From assembly GCA_002633005.1 (NCBI GenBank), contig NMRA01000186.1, forward strand, positions 62,001 to 126,000: a stretch of DNA of 64,000 bases. Direction: 5' to 3'. The translations under genes and the position numbers were made by a program. The notes beneath the pieces are model-generated. The model was given only the letters and a program-made list of their open reading frames with translations. It had not been told where the DNA came from and made no database searches. The stretch comes from Phoronis australis (lineage: Eukaryota > Animalia > Phoronida). This document shows positions 54,001 through 64,000 of this stretch, piece after piece; the stretch's first letter is position 1; every line of letters begins with the position of its first letter.

Positions 54001-57000
54001 TCAGAGTGGTGCGAAATTTTATGAGGTTGGTCAGATGAAATAATGAATTCCATTCTCTCCAAACCCCAAAAAACAGACTATTTCAGCTAAGGAACAATTT
54101 GAGGCCAAATTCACAACAACAAATGGCCAAATTCAAAACTTGGTTTTTGACAGAAGCTACGGATTTAATGTCACTTTAAAATTTGATTCGAGCAGCCCAA
54201 CTTTGTGGGAATAAAACTCACAACTGATCACTTGTTGGGCATTCTGTGATGACAACTCTTGCTCCATCTCGACGTCCTCCACGCTGTCCAATGGCACGGC
54301 AACACGCTGGATTACATGGCACGAGCTCACTAAGATATTATTGCTAGGGAACCACTCAGTAAAGGCTTTGTCCATGACTGTTCGGCCCATTGGTGTGCGT
54401 GGCTCGGTGCGAGCGTGATTCGACATAGTCAGTGCCATTTCATACAGATGAAGCGCAGTGTAGAGAATGGCTTCTGACAAGTGTGGCTCATTTAATGCCT
54501 GAAGATGATAGGGAGATTTGATCAACTTGTACTAAGTTTTGTTACAATATGAAGAACACCCAAATGGAGAAATTACTGATACTACAAGTTCTTTCATGAC
54601 CAAGGATCAAGTTTCTTAAATAAGTTTTGAAGTATTAATAAAACTATATATAGGTTTTTAACTACAAAATCTTATTCTGCGCATGAGAGCTATCATCATA
54701 TCCACGATTTTTTTCTAAGAAAAACATGAATTCTCATGTCTGAAGATTGACAAATTTTCTACAAATTAACACAAATTTTTACGAATGAAACTTCTATATT
54801 CTATACAGAGTGATTTTCTTTTTTAAAAAAAAACGAGAAAATTATACAATAGTTTGAACAACACCACAATTAACTTCATGAAGCGTGTCTAGAAAAAAAG
54901 TTACGGAGATTACCAGATAAGGGCTGTTCCAGTAAAATCTGTATGGGAGGGGGGAAGGCACCTTTTTTTCGCACCCACCACCCATATTTTTCATTTATTT
55001 CTTCAGCCTACCACCCGTAATTTTTTATAAGTTTGAAATGCAACCACCCGTAATTTTTTTTGTTCTTGTGGTTGAGTTTATCTGTTCCTCCATCACCACT
55101 AACGTCATTCATTACTAAGAAAACATATGTTTCTTATATATGGTTATTAGCTGTCGAGAAATTCGAGCACCTGTGATTAAATGGTGTTATGGGCATGCCG
55201 ATGAGGAGATCGGGGGAGTGAAAAAGTCGGAGCTTTTTGCAAGTTGCATTTTTGTTTCAGTTTTTGATTCTGTGCGAATTGTTTATAAAACTTACTAAAA
55301 TTACCCACCATCAAACATTTATGGGCCAATGAAACAACAATGACCTGTAAATTTTTATTTTTTTGAAGTACGACCACCAGCCATTTTGAATTAAATCAAA
55401 CGCAACCACCCATAAATTTTTATTTCAGTTGCCTTCCCCCCTCCCACACAGATTTTGCTGGAACAGCCCTAATCATAATCTGACTAGAATCTTTGAACAA
55501 AAACCTCCAAGCCATTGCCAAGCTCAATCAGTCATACAATTACACTATGCGCCATAAGAATTTGTTTTTGAAAGTATCCAACACTAATTCTGAATAACAA
55601 ACAATAACTATTAGACAAGTAAACGTACCTTGTAGAAGACAGTGAACAGCATACCATAAAACGTCTTACAATGTAGAAGGCGCAGCAGGCCTTGATACAC
55701 AGCCATTGGCTTAGGTGGCAGCCTGAAGGGGGGCCAGGGGGTCTGTGATGATGGCATGAGGCCTGACATGTGAACGCTGAAACAGGTACAGAAAAGGAGT
55801 TTTTTTTGCTGCATTTAAAAATTCTTATGAACTCAAAAACGAAACAAAACACAGACCATGTCCTGTTAAGACGCGCTAAATAACATTTGCCTGAATCCCA
55901 AGTTTCCGTAGATTCCTAAAGAACAAGTAAAATGCAAATTCATTGAAAACAAAATTGTATTTCAACAAAATAATGGAATTAAACTGCTACAGTCTAATAT
56001 GTTGTCTAAGCTCAACTACTTACAATAAGCAGCTAGGGGTGATGACTCATAGGGTTTAGTGCTGGGGTTGAGGAGACATGGGTTTAGTGCTGGGGTTGAA
56101 GAGACATGGGTTTAGTGCTGGGTGTGAGGAGTCGTGGGTTTAGTACTGGGGGTGAGGAATCATGGGTTTAGTGCAAGTTTCATGTAAATCGGCTAAAAAA
56201 ACTGTGGCCAACATCTTAGAAACACCAGTCCAGAGAAACAGGTGCATCACCTGATCATATCAAACCTCACATGGTTTCATACAGGAACGAGACAGTACTA
56301 AATATCATGACCTATAAGTTAAGAGAGAAGCTCCTTACAAGTCAGCGTATCTGTCCAGTGAGGCCTGGAAGTCTTTCCTGTGAACAGCTCGGAACATGAC
56401 AAATACAGGATCATAGTCCGTCTCCCACATGGTCTCTAGAAATAAATGGACACAAATATGCCAAATATTACTAACCAAGTCCAAATCCTCAGTTCAAAGG
56501 GTGGCAAATAATTAGTTCAGGCAAATAACAGAACAACAAAAAATGTTCATCAGGAAATTTGTTCACCAATAATTGAACGGTTCTTTATTTCATTCCCTAA
56601 CTTTTTGTTAAACCATGGGCGGAGACTAAATTTTTCATTGCAACAACTTGAAGCCCAATGAAGTACAATGATTGGAAAAACATATTTTTGGTTCACCAGT
56701 ACCAGCCTTTCTCAATTCGTATATGACCAAAATAAGAGAAAACACTGCTGACACCCTGAATTTTTTCCTTCCTAAACTGAATTTGGCTCCCTCTCACGAC
56801 ATCCTAGATCCGTTCGTAATAAAACCATGGACTAAATAAATGGAGTTCATCGAGTGGTTCCAGGAAGATACACCACGACCGCAAACGTGATTTATTCCAG
56901 GTGGACGTTTGTAACTTTGGCTTGTCCTAATTAGAGGTGTGTGGGACTTGAAGGGTGCAAACGGAGGGCACCGTATCATTCACTAAATCCAGAAACAGAA

Positions 57001-60000
57001 CTCCATACCTAGTGCCACGCATATGAACCACTGAACTACCAAATACGGACTACAACATAAAAGTCATTCTAGTACATGTCTTGCGACTCCAGCTGGATTT
57101 CCTGCTCCATTCCAACAGGGCAAGGATGTGAACATGATGGCAACAAAGTTACATTATCACTCACAAGAAATGAGATCCAGAACACCTGTCATACAGAGCC
57201 AATCTACAATAAAATGCTCGCTTCCACAGAGATGGATAAACCTACTCTTTGGCATAAAGGAGCCCTGTTCAGGGGTGGCCCCTGCCTCAAACTTGGGTGC
57301 CTTGTAGTCAGCCACCTGCTCCAGGATAGGTTCAAAGTTCCTGGCTTGTGATGAGAGGCCACATTTCTCAGGTATCATCTCCATCAGCTGACTGTGTGTA
57401 CGGTTAGACATGCAGAGGAGAGACACCATCTCTTTACGTGCTATCTCATGCTCGCTGAGACCTAGGACAATTGATAACAAAAGATGTAAACGAAAGGTAC
57501 ACAATTAAGACAACCAGTGGTTGATAAACGTAGACAACAAGAAACACATAGTCAATAGTTTGGGAAAGTTCTTTTTACAAAGAAGCAACATCAGAACCAA
57601 GGTGTAATATTTTCAATTTTCCGAATCCAGGTATAGTCTTGTTAGTCTAAATTTTTTAATAAGTTGGTTTCTCCATGATTATACAGGATTTTTCACAGTG
57701 CAAAAAAATCTACTCATTCAATAATCCCACTTTGACCCACATCGTCAAATTTAAGTGTTGCTCATATCTTGGCACACTCACTTTGCCCTCTTGAAAGAAA
57801 CTGAAGACATTAAGGACTATAATCAAGATCATAGAGTACACCTGTAAGTCACCATATGAAGCAACAATTTGGTCAAGGCAAAATTGCCAATCAATCAAGC
57901 CATGGCTTCCGCGGAAGCAATCACTGAACTCCACTTGGTCCATAGCATATAAAAGTGTATTTCATAAAAAAACGAAGATTTAAAGAATGTACTGTCTGTG
58001 TGTGACTTTTCAAAAGTACACAATAAACATTAAGTACTGGCTTAAGCGCGGAAAGTTTAAAATGACACTTTCCAGACAGTTCAACTTATTCATTAACAAA
58101 ATTAACCAAACACTGCTTTGGTTCATGTTTCGGGAGGAACCCTTGGTTTTGGTTCTTTTAAACGGTAGACTAGCAATGATCCTAATTACCCAAATGGAGT
58201 TCATTAATAGCTTCAACGGAATAACTGACCACTGCAACCTTAATGCCACTTTGAAGTTTGAGATTTAGACTCTGCTGTGTGAGATTTAGACTCTGCTGCG
58301 TGAGATTTAGACTCTGCTGCATGAGATTTTGATTCTGCTGCGTGAGATTTCAGTGCAGAACACATTGTTTAACAAATTGTTTAAATAATGTCTAAGACGT
58401 AAACCAATAAGCAGAGGGCTTACCAATATTATTACGATGGCTCAGCAGTAAGACGAGGAATGTCAACATTCCCTCCACCAGAGGACCTTCCCGCTCCGGC
58501 TCCAAGAATGAGTTGTCGTGCATGGGTGACATGGTCATCCACTCCATGACATGATACCGCTCCATGATGTACTGTATCACGTAGTCTGGGCACAGTCGAC
58601 ATGCACACAACTGCAGAGTCAAAGTTATTACACTGAACTTTTTTATGAACAAGATTAATGTTCATGATGCACTTAGTACAGATGAGGGTTTCGCAGATCC
58701 ACAAATCACACAAATGAAAGGCGAGCATTTCACAAGTCTGATCAAGACTCAAATAATCTAACAATGAAATTGAATTGATTGGTCGGTGAGGTTGGAATGT
58801 TGAACAAGAGCAACGCAGAGCGTTGAAATGCGCCCACAATTGCACCGCATACGGTATCCTTCTAGGGTTGTTTATTGGTACCATAAAGTGGCCAGTAGAG
58901 GGCATATATGTAGTATGTTGTACTTAGCAAAATGGAAAGGCATGGTCATTGTCTCCTCAATAGGCTAGGGGCAAAATGTGAGTAATCTTCATAATACAAG
59001 CACATCTTATATACCAGTTGCTTAAAGCACCACAGAAACATAGAATTAAAAACAAAATAATTTACCAACATACGAGATTAGCACAGAATTAGAATGCCAG
59101 AAACAAATTTCTACTTGGAACTTTTCCTTCATAGTCACGAAGTAACACAAAGTATACACCTGAAGACCTATGAAAATACAGAGGTCAATGTAAAATACTA
59201 AAATTGCCACTAGAGGCAAATACTAAAATTGCCGCTAGAGGCATACCGGTAGTCAGAATCATCCAAAAGTTGTCATCGTCCGCTGTCAACATCACATAAA
59301 TACACTTGCTAAATTTAGTAAAGATCCTGCAAACGGTTTGGGAGATACAGCCATGGGCGCAAAAAAAAAAAACAAAACTGCCACTAGGAGGCGCCACAGT
59401 AGTCCAAATTGTCTGAAAATCATTGTCAGCTGTCTTCCTTATAGTAAGCACATACACGGCAATTTTCACAATCATCCTTTGAGCGGTTTGGTTGATAGAG
59501 GGGTGGACGCAAAAATACAGACTCGAAAACAGTAAAAATGGCCACTACGTGGCGCAAACTATGTCGAATCCATCTGAAAACGGGAGGATAGCGTCATCTC
59601 ACTAATAGGCGCTTACATACCAAAATTCATGAAAATCTGTTCAGGACTTTTGAAGATACAAAGGTAAGCGTAAAAAAACTAAAATTGCCACTAGGGGGCA
59701 CACCGGTAGTCGGATCCGTCCGAAAGTTCGCACATGCCGTCCCATTCATGAATGGAACATATGTGCCAAATTTCATGAACGTATGTCAAAGGGTTTTGGA
59801 GATAGAGCAGCAGACGCCAGACGCCGCCCGGACGGACGGACAGATGGACGGACGGACAGAGATGATGGCGTAATGCGTCCACATATAAATATGTGGACGC
59901 ATAATAAAAGGATAGCAATTTGAATCGAGGCATATTATTCACTCTTTCCCTTCCATTAGTGAAATTTTCTCAAGTACACAAGTGAGTGACTATTGCCTCA

Positions 60001-60934
60001 GTTTAGGAACACTAGCGGATTAAGGGTGGGGGGGACAAGGGGGCACGGCCCCACCCCCCCTATAATTCTCCCAGATACCACTTGGCAGTTTGGGTGTGAA
60101 TTGCTGACTAGCATATGAGCGCACCCAGGGGGTCTTGGGGGGCGAATGCACAATGCACAGGCCTTGAACAAACCCCGTTTACGTTTTTTTTTTTAGTAAT
60201 AAGGTCCACAAACCCAAAAATTCGAGACCCCTGCATCCCTACATTTTAGGCTGGGAGTGCGCATGTGGCGAAATTCTGGTTATTCCTGTGCCCTGGCCCC
60301 CCTAACTCAAAATCCTGGATCCACCCCTGGGGACAGCCAAATTAACTTGTTTTTCCATACTTCAAAGGCTCGTGAAACAGGCTCAGACATTGAAATTTTC
60401 AACAAGCATCTAATCTAATTTGTTCAATTATAGCAGATGTACACTATACGGAAAGCCAACAATGTAATACAACTCTCGATATCATTAGAATTCATTTACT
60501 TTTATGGAGAACTTGATACAAAATAAAGTTTCTCCAGACATTTTACCATAACTTAGCAGACTACTTTGTTTCAGATTCTGGACTAGTTCTTGAACCTGTT
60601 GTCTGTTTGGAAATTTTTTTAACAGCATAAGTATATAGAATATTTTTTACTTTTAAATGCATAACACAAAAGATGCAGCTAACACAGCAAACATAATTGT
60701 TAAACTATATCTAGGATACAGTCAGTGCAAATTATGTCAATCAAAATACTGACCTCTAAAAACAAACACAGTGTAAAAATTAAAGACCTAACGTGAGTAA
60801 CAAACCTGCAACAAGTAAATGTCCTGGTCAACCAACGAGTTACAAAAGTGACACTGAATGTAGGTCATGGCCTGACCTTTGACCTGGATGCCGTTCCTCA
60901 CCCACATTCCAGCAAAGATCTCCGTAAATGCCAC
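36919..60934 (-). CDS. UBR3: E3 ubiquitin-protein ligase UBR3, 3' portion (22 exons, ~1260 aa in window; 5' exons beyond 64000)
   Basis: Phase-consistent GT-AG exons encode [26 protein letters not shown], split RING-H2 (YDCAICGQ ... [16 protein letters not shown] ... [16 protein letters not shown]), [41 protein letters not shown]...[10 protein letters not shown], characteristic of UBR3 rather than UBR1/2. Confidence 0.95.
37565..37704 (-). CDS. UBR3: UBR3 penultimate exon
   Basis: [46 protein letters not shown]. Confidence 0.95.
39036..39245 (-). CDS. UBR3: UBR3 exon (C-terminal Cys-rich domain)
   Basis: [52 protein letters not shown]. Confidence 0.95.
39865..40244. mobile_element. Possible TTAA-flanked (Kolobok-like) MITE remnant
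   Basis: ttaa|agggac ... gtcct|ttaa; very short, imperfect TIR only. Confidence 0.3.
40423..40608 (-). CDS. UBR3: UBR3 exon
   Basis: [18 protein letters not shown]...[21 protein letters not shown]. Confidence 0.88.
41207..41332 (-). CDS. UBR3: UBR3 exon
   Basis: [29 protein letters not shown]...HK; second in-frame acceptor 9 nt in (41323) possible. Confidence 0.88.
41750..41970 (-). CDS. UBR3: UBR3 exon
   Basis: [24 protein letters not shown]...DFS; donor gtaagt. Confidence 0.92.
41985..42022. repeat. (AAT)n microsatellite abutting a UBR3 acceptor
   Basis: aataataat run; reads (ATT)n on the transcribed strand. Confidence 0.9.
42204..42740. mobile_element. Decayed MITE related to 3781-4181, containing a 49-bp x4 minisatellite (42433-42636)
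   Basis: Right end ttcgagtagaaagattagatcccagcc resembles the 4150-4181 TIR; unit actcgaggtcatcaaatgagggctagaatatttgtataaaccatgatgt. Confidence 0.55.
42888..43003 (-). CDS. UBR3: UBR3 exon
   Basis: [38 protein letters not shown]. Confidence 0.9.
44994..45087 (-). CDS. UBR3: UBR3 exon
   Basis: [30 protein letters not shown]; donor gtgagt. Confidence 0.87.
46121..46194 (-). CDS. UBR3: UBR3 exon
   Basis: [24 protein letters not shown]. Confidence 0.88.
46986..47119 (-). CDS. UBR3: UBR3 exon
   Basis: [24 protein letters not shown]...LFICSVAR. Confidence 0.88.
47533..47727 (-). CDS. UBR3: UBR3 exon (RING-H2 CPLC)
   Basis: [33 protein letters not shown]...HPVAGT (different frame from ORF-track call). 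Confidence 0.92.
48253..48363 (-). CDS. UBR3: UBR3 exon (RING-H2 CGHxxHxxC)
   Basis: [37 protein letters not shown]; donor gtatgt. Confidence 0.93.
48599..50268. mobile_element. MITE with 19-bp TIRs interrupted by a LINE
   Basis: acatatcacgaatttttgt ... acaaaaattcgtgatatgt; gtcgg/ccgac-rich interior on both sides of the LINE. Confidence 0.7.
48691..49879 (-). mobile_element. 5'-truncated, frameshifted non-LTR retrotransposon (LINE) 3' end
   Basis: RT fragment [18 protein letters not shown]...[11 protein letters not shown]; C-terminal LAKFR...IETGR...ERLCEIC...HLLLNCP; AATAAA then (TCTA)n(TC)n tail; 16-bp TSD ccagcaaggctaagag at 48675-48690 and 49880-49895. Confidence 0.9.
50579..50712 (-). 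CDS. UBR3: UBR3 exon (RING insert)
   Basis: VLGHRQQ...[19 protein letters not shown]; phases 1-0 match. Confidence 0.88.
50931..51309. mobile_element. MITE, CAG termini, 6-bp TSD
   Basis: cagacttgtgtacca / tggtacacaggtctg (14/15); CAATAG at 50925-50930 and 51310-51315. Confidence 0.8.
51434..51592 (-). CDS. UBR3: UBR3 exon (RING-H2 first CxxC)
   Basis: [30 protein letters not shown]. Confidence 0.92.
52144..52333. repeat. 38-bp minisatellite x5
   Basis: tgtctttgcgttgtgtgtctgatgccactctgagagca. Confidence 0.95.
52545..52745. repeat. 54-bp tandem repeat spanning a UBR3 exon/intron donor
   Basis: acaaagccagaggcccacccacttttactcccctccatatccacaacccc..; gtgggt donor-like sites at 54-nt spacing. 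Confidence 0.9.
52731..53377 (-). CDS. UBR3: UBR3 large exon
   Basis: [16 protein letters not shown]...[15 protein letters not shown]...[27 protein letters not shown]; acceptor position less certain. Confidence 0.88.
53806..53878 (-). CDS. UBR3: UBR3 tentative small exon in unconserved region
   Basis: ttcattag|[23 protein letters not shown]|gtattt; 73 nt exactly reconciles phase 1 donor with phase 2 acceptor of neighbours; no homology support. Confidence 0.5.
54222..54498 (-). CDS. UBR3: UBR3 exon
   Basis: [23 protein letters not shown]...EWFPSNNIL...; donor gtgagt assumed (alternative weaker donor 10 nt earlier). Confidence 0.85.
54921..55469. mobile_element. PIF/Harbinger (Tourist-like) MITE
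   Basis: TAA|gggctgttccagtaaaatctgtatgggaggggggaaggca ... tgccttccccctcccacacagattttgctggaacagccc|TAA. Confidence 0.88.
55629..55776 (-). CDS. UBR3: UBR3 exon
   Basis: VHMSG...PWPPFRLP...[20 protein letters not shown]. Confidence 0.92.
56048..56175. repeat. ~28-bp minisatellite x5
   Basis: catgggtttagtgctggggttgaggaga. Confidence 0.85.
56339..56435 (-). CDS. UBR3: UBR3 exon
   Basis: [31 protein letters not shown]; not in ORF track. Confidence 0.9.
57246..57461 (-). CDS. UBR3: UBR3 exon
   Basis: [35 protein letters not shown]...QGSFMPK. Confidence 0.93.
58259..58351. repeat. 21-bp minisatellite x4
   Basis: tgagatttagactctgctgcg. Confidence 0.85.
58424..58610 (-). CDS. UBR3: UBR3 exon
   Basis: [21 protein letters not shown]...[19 protein letters not shown]. 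Confidence 0.93.
59195..59905 (-). mobile_element. Helentron-associated (HINE/DINE-1-like) element
   Basis: 14-bp terminal hairpin atgcgtccacatat-aa-atatgtggacgcat (59873-59902), (GTCC/GTCT)n microsatellite next to it, diverged core repeats with aaaattgccactag..ggc motif. Confidence 0.75.
60806..60934 (-). CDS. UBR3: UBR3 exon
   Basis: [43 protein letters not shown]. Confidence 0.95.
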
Positions 60935-61370
60935 CTGCAGCACAGACAGCAAAATTAACGTAAAAGGACTCCGGGTTCTTTCCATATCAGAATATCAGAT
61001 TGCCAAAGAATAAACTTTCTGAACAAAAATCCAATGAAAAAGCTACCTATAAGAAAGTTCAGAGCTTCATTTCCAAGGGAACCAGTCAAACTTGCACACC
61101 AACCTCAAATCGTCTGCAACAACCCTGTATTATGCAAACCAACCCCAACATCAAGTAAACAAACAAAAAATACACATACAAATTGCAAACTTATTCAATG
61201 CATGAAATCAATATAAATCATTTGTTGTTCACCAGCAACACTTGGTGTTTGTTCAGATAAATTCCGATGTTTGCAATGCAAGTTTTGTGTGCAAACAAAA
61301 TGCTTTTGTTTGTATGTTTCATTCATGTTCGATTCCAAAATTCACACAAATGATTAAAGCGCTAGATAAG

Positions 61371-61714
61371 TGTGTATGACTGCATGGCATCCTTGTGTGT
61401 ACGACTGCCTGGCATCCTTGTGTGTACGACTAACTGGCATCCTTGTGTGTACGACTGCCTGGCATCCTTATGTGTACGACTGCCTGGCATCCTTATGAGT
61501 ACGACTGCCTGGCATCCTGATGTGTACGACTGCCTGGCATCCTTATGTGTACGACTGCCTGGCATCCTTATGTGTACGACTGCCTGGCATCCTTATGTGT
61601 ACAACTGCCTGGCATCCTTATGTGTACGACTGCCTGACATCCTTGTGTGTATGACTGCCTGACATCCTTGTGTGTACGACTGCCTGGCATCCTTGTGTGT
61701 ATGACTGCCTGGCA
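61371..61714. repeat. 25-bp minisatellite (~14 copies)
   Basis: tgtgtacgactgcctggcatcctt(a/g). Confidence 0.95.
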
Positions 61715-61722
61715 CCCTTAAT

Positions 61723-64000
61723 TACTTGGCGGAATTCTTCCGCCAAGTATGTTGGTCTGACAGGAAGTTTTTTTTTTGTTTGTTCGCTCTCTACAGGTCG
61801 CAATTTTTGTCCGATTTTCACGAAATTTGCACACAACCTGTAGATCGGGAACTGCTAGAACGCTATTGTTTTTGGTTATGATCGGATACAAAATAGCGGA
61901 CGTGGTGGCCATTTTGTATCCGATTTCACAGTCAAAAACTCGTAGAGGCCGCACTTTTCGACCTACATGGCTAAAAATCGGTACGAATATACTAGAACGC
62001 ATGTGCTACAATTGTGCAGAAAATCGTCGACTTCCGGTTAACGATGGCGGAAATATTGGACGTGGCACATGCGCACCCCGAAATATGGCCAAAAACGTTT
62101 TCTCCTGTATTTGCAAACCAATTACTTTCAAACTGGTCACGTGTTTGTTGAGTTTAATAAGCTTTTATAAAAAATTATTGAACCGGAAGTCACTTTCAAG
62201 ATGGCGGCTGTGGGGCATGTTCACACGGTTTCAATCGCTCTGGTGTCGCATTTTTTATGGGAAGAGCAAATGACATGAATTTTTGCATGTGGATTCCTTG
62301 AAGTATGACCTTTCAAAAAGTCTGCCAGAGCGTATTTCTCACACTTACCGTTTTCAAGTTATTTGACTTTGAATTTCAAAAAAAACGGCAAATTTTCAAT
62401 TTTCTTGAAATTTTTTTGGATTTTTGCCAAACTACCACTTTAGATAGAATTTTGAACGGGCTTTCAGGAGATATTTTCCATTTTGCGCTACGAAGTCTAC
62501 TTTTTGAATTATTCAAGATTTTCGGATACCGTTGTTCCTTCGGTCACACGCAGCTCACTTTGTTTTGGTCATGCCTAGTTGACCCAGACTGACCCAGCCA
62601 GCACTGTCCTACTGTAAAGCATGCCTCATCCGCAATGTTGCGCCATCTATTGTTCTTTATTGTAGTTGATTGTATGCTCTATCAAAGTACGTAGAGTTGT
62701 GGACGGGCTTTCAGATGATATTTTCCATTTCACGCTACAACGTCTACTTTTGAATTATTCGAGATTTTCGAATGCCGCTGTTCCTTCGGTCACCTATGAA
62801 AGGACGCAGCTGGCTGGCTTTCAGTTCACTTTATTTTGGTTATGCCTAGTTGACCCAGACTGACCCAGCCAGCACTGTCCTACTGCAGACTGGACCGTCA
62901 TGTTGCGCCATCTATTGTTCTTTATTGTAGTTGATTGTATGCTCTCTATTTGATTTCTTCGCTAGTCACATGAATGTTATCGTGTTTGTCGTCTTTTCGA
63001 TTAATTTCACGAAATTTGCACACAACATGTAGATCCGGAAGTACTGGAACGTTATTGTTTTTGGTCATGATCGGATACAAAATGGGGGACGTGGCAGCCA
63101 TTTTGTATCCGATTTCACAGTCAAATACTCGTAGAGGCCGCATTGTTCGACCTACATGGCTGAAAATCGGTACGAATATACTAGAACGCATGTGCTACAA
63201 TTGTGCAGAAAATCGTAGACTTCCAGTTCAAGATGGCGGAAATATTGGACGTGGCGCATGCGCACCCCGAAATATGGGTAAAAACGTTTTCTCTTGTAGA
63301 GGGCGCATTTGCAAACCAATCACTTTCAAACTGGTCACGTGTTTGTTGAGTTTAATAAGCTTTTGTAAAAAATTATTGAACCGGAAGTCACTTTCAAGAT
63401 GGCGGCTGTGGCGCATGTTCACACGGTTTCAATCGCTCTGGTGTCGCATTTTTAACGGGAAGAGTAAATGACGTGAGTTTTGGCATGTGGATTCCTTGAA
63501 GTATGGCCTTTCAAAAAGTCTGCGAGGGCGTATTTCTCAGACTTACCGTTTTCGAGTTATTTGACTTTGAATTTCAACAAAAAACGGCAAATTTTCAATT
63601 TTCTCGAAAATTTTTTGGATTTTTGCCAAACTACCACTTTAGATAGACTTTTGAACGGGCTTTCAGAAAATATTTTCCATTTTGCACTACGACGTCTACT
63701 TTTTGAATTATTCGAGATTTTCGGATACCGTTGTTCCTATGCAAGCACGCAGCTGGCTGGCTTTCAGTTCACTTTGTTTTGGTTATGCCTAGTTGACCCA
63801 GACTGACCCAGCCAGCACTGTCCTACTGTAAAACATGGCTCGTCCGTCATGTTGCGCCATCTATTGTTCTTTATTGTAGTTGACTGTATGCTCTCTATTT
63901 GATTTCTTCGCTAGTCACATGAATGTTATCGTGTTTTCCAAACTACCACTTTAGATAGAATTTTGAACGGGCTTTCAGAAGATATTTTCCATTTTGCGCT
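61723..64000 (+). mobile_element. HINE-like element with ~1.2-kb tandem internal units, inverted paralogue of 19444-22091, runs off window
   Basis: Hairpin tacttggcggaa-ttc-ttccgccaagta at 61723-61749; tttcacgaaatttgcacacaac recurs at ~61816 and ~63005. Confidence 0.72.

Noticed and set aside
60010-60329. G/C-run-rich segment ending ggatccacccctg, possible hAT MITE
   Set aside because: Left TIR too degenerate and no TSD identifiable.

Overview
Eukaryotic (invertebrate animal, probably a marine deuterostome; inferred from intron density, protein similarity and repeat types) genomic window with two spliced minus-strand genes. (1) A complete IGF2BP/IMP RNA-binding protein gene: 14 coding exons, 31838->2012, about 592 aa, 2 RRM + 4 KH domains. 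(2) The 3' part of a UBR3 E3 ubiquitin ligase gene: 22 exons reconstructed (one tentative), 60934->36919, about 1260 aa including the split RING-H2; its 5' end lies beyond the window. All exons were assembled by hand with GT-AG junctions and consistent phases. Introns are full of non-autonomous elements: CAG-terminated TIR elements with unusual 5- and 6-bp TSDs (three nested together), a MULE-type foldback with a 9-bp TSD, Harbinger and Tc2/pogo-type MITEs, Helentron-associated (HINE/DINE-1-like) elements, a 5'-truncated LINE with a 16-bp TSD inside a MITE, and many minisatellites. The most striking unexplained pattern is that four UBR3 exon/intron junctions have been tandemly duplicated, mostly with frame-preserving periods (48, 42, 54, 93 nt; one 62-nt exception), creating duplicate splice sites. 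No prokaryotic features (CRISPR, operons) are present.
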